A stretch of DNA of 15,894 nucleotides from assembly GCA_903916665.1 (NCBI GenBank), contig CAIWXP010000176.1, positions 1 to 15,894 on the forward strand. The letters are read 5' to 3'. The notes under the pieces are model-generated. The model searched no databases. It had not been told where the DNA came from and was given only the letters and a program-made list of their open reading frames with translations. A program made the position numbers and the translations under genes. The stretch comes from Candidatus Iainarchaeum sp. (GTDB lineage: Archaea > Iainarchaeota > Iainarchaeia > Iainarchaeales > 0-14-0-20-30-16). Shown here in pieces: positions 15,731 to 15,894 of the stretch. How positions within the stretch are numbered: position 1 is the stretch's first letter; every line of letters begins with the position of its first letter.

Positions 15731-15894
15731 TTATCCTTTGAAATCAATTCCTAAATCTAATTTTATTTTCTCTTTTCCTTTTTTTGTATACCAATCTTTG
15801 TTCATATTATAAATATCATTTTTAATTTCTTTTAATTGTTCTGCACTTAATTTAGTTAATGAACATTTATATAGTTTTATTTTCTTTGGTAAAT
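15731..15894 (-). CDS. Possible 3' end of a minus-strand ORF running off the window (unknown function)
   Basis: The reverse-strand frame is open from the window edge to the TAA (complement of 15731-15733): '...LPKKIKLYKCSLTKLSAEQLKEIKNDIYNMNKDWYTKKGKEKIKLDLGIDFKG*'. At 54 codons it is too short to assign. It is convergent with the toxin gene. Confidence 0.35.
   Translation of the reverse strand, partial: LPKKIKLYKCSLTKLSAEQLKEIKNDIYNMNKDWYTKKGKEKIKLDLGIDFKG

Noticed and set aside
1-15894. CRISPR arrays, tRNA/rRNA genes, IS elements or integrases, and DGR template/variable repeat pairs
   Set aside because: I found no regularly spaced direct repeats and no GC-rich cloverleaf-capable intergenic segment. 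The intergenic DNA is short and AT-rich. There is no transposase-, integrase- or reverse-transcriptase-like ORF, and no long near-identical nucleotide repeat with A-specific mismatches. The only nucleotide-level repeats seen are short conserved paralog motifs.

Overview
The window is strongly AT-rich (about 30% G+C by eye), is densely coding, and reads in the standard genetic code. One co-oriented three-gene cluster on the + strand (801-14988) takes up about 90% of it. The cluster encodes a 2307-aa protein (P1), a ~1577-aa protein (P2) and a ~820-829-aa protein (P3), all apparently membrane-anchored or secreted. P1 and P2 are colinear paralogs. They share an unusual ~45-aa N-terminal cytoplasmic module plus signal-anchor helix, about six tandem beta-sandwich (carboxypeptidase-regulatory/PEGA-like) modules, and Cys-pair-containing modules. 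By eye, P3 matches the C-terminal extension of P1, so P1 looks like P2 plus P3, a fusion/fission pair. In the split copy the break point carries glycine-zipper membrane segments, a poly-Ala tail and a Sec signal peptide. P1 also has a ~165-aa G/Q/Y/S/T low-complexity insertion that P2 lacks. The flanks hold the 3' end of another C-terminally anchored surface protein, a convergent DUF192 gene, a hairpin plus oligo-T terminator, a translationally coupled wHTH / RelE-ParE-like toxin-antitoxin pair, and a partial minus-strand ORF at the right edge. TATA/BRE-like boxes, GGTG(A)-type ribosome-binding sites and oligo-T termination suggest an archaeal host, possibly a DPANN-like small-genome lineage. 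A CPR-type bacterium cannot be excluded from sequence alone. I saw no rRNA, tRNA, CRISPR array, transposase or integrase. All homology statements are by-eye motif matches, not database searches.
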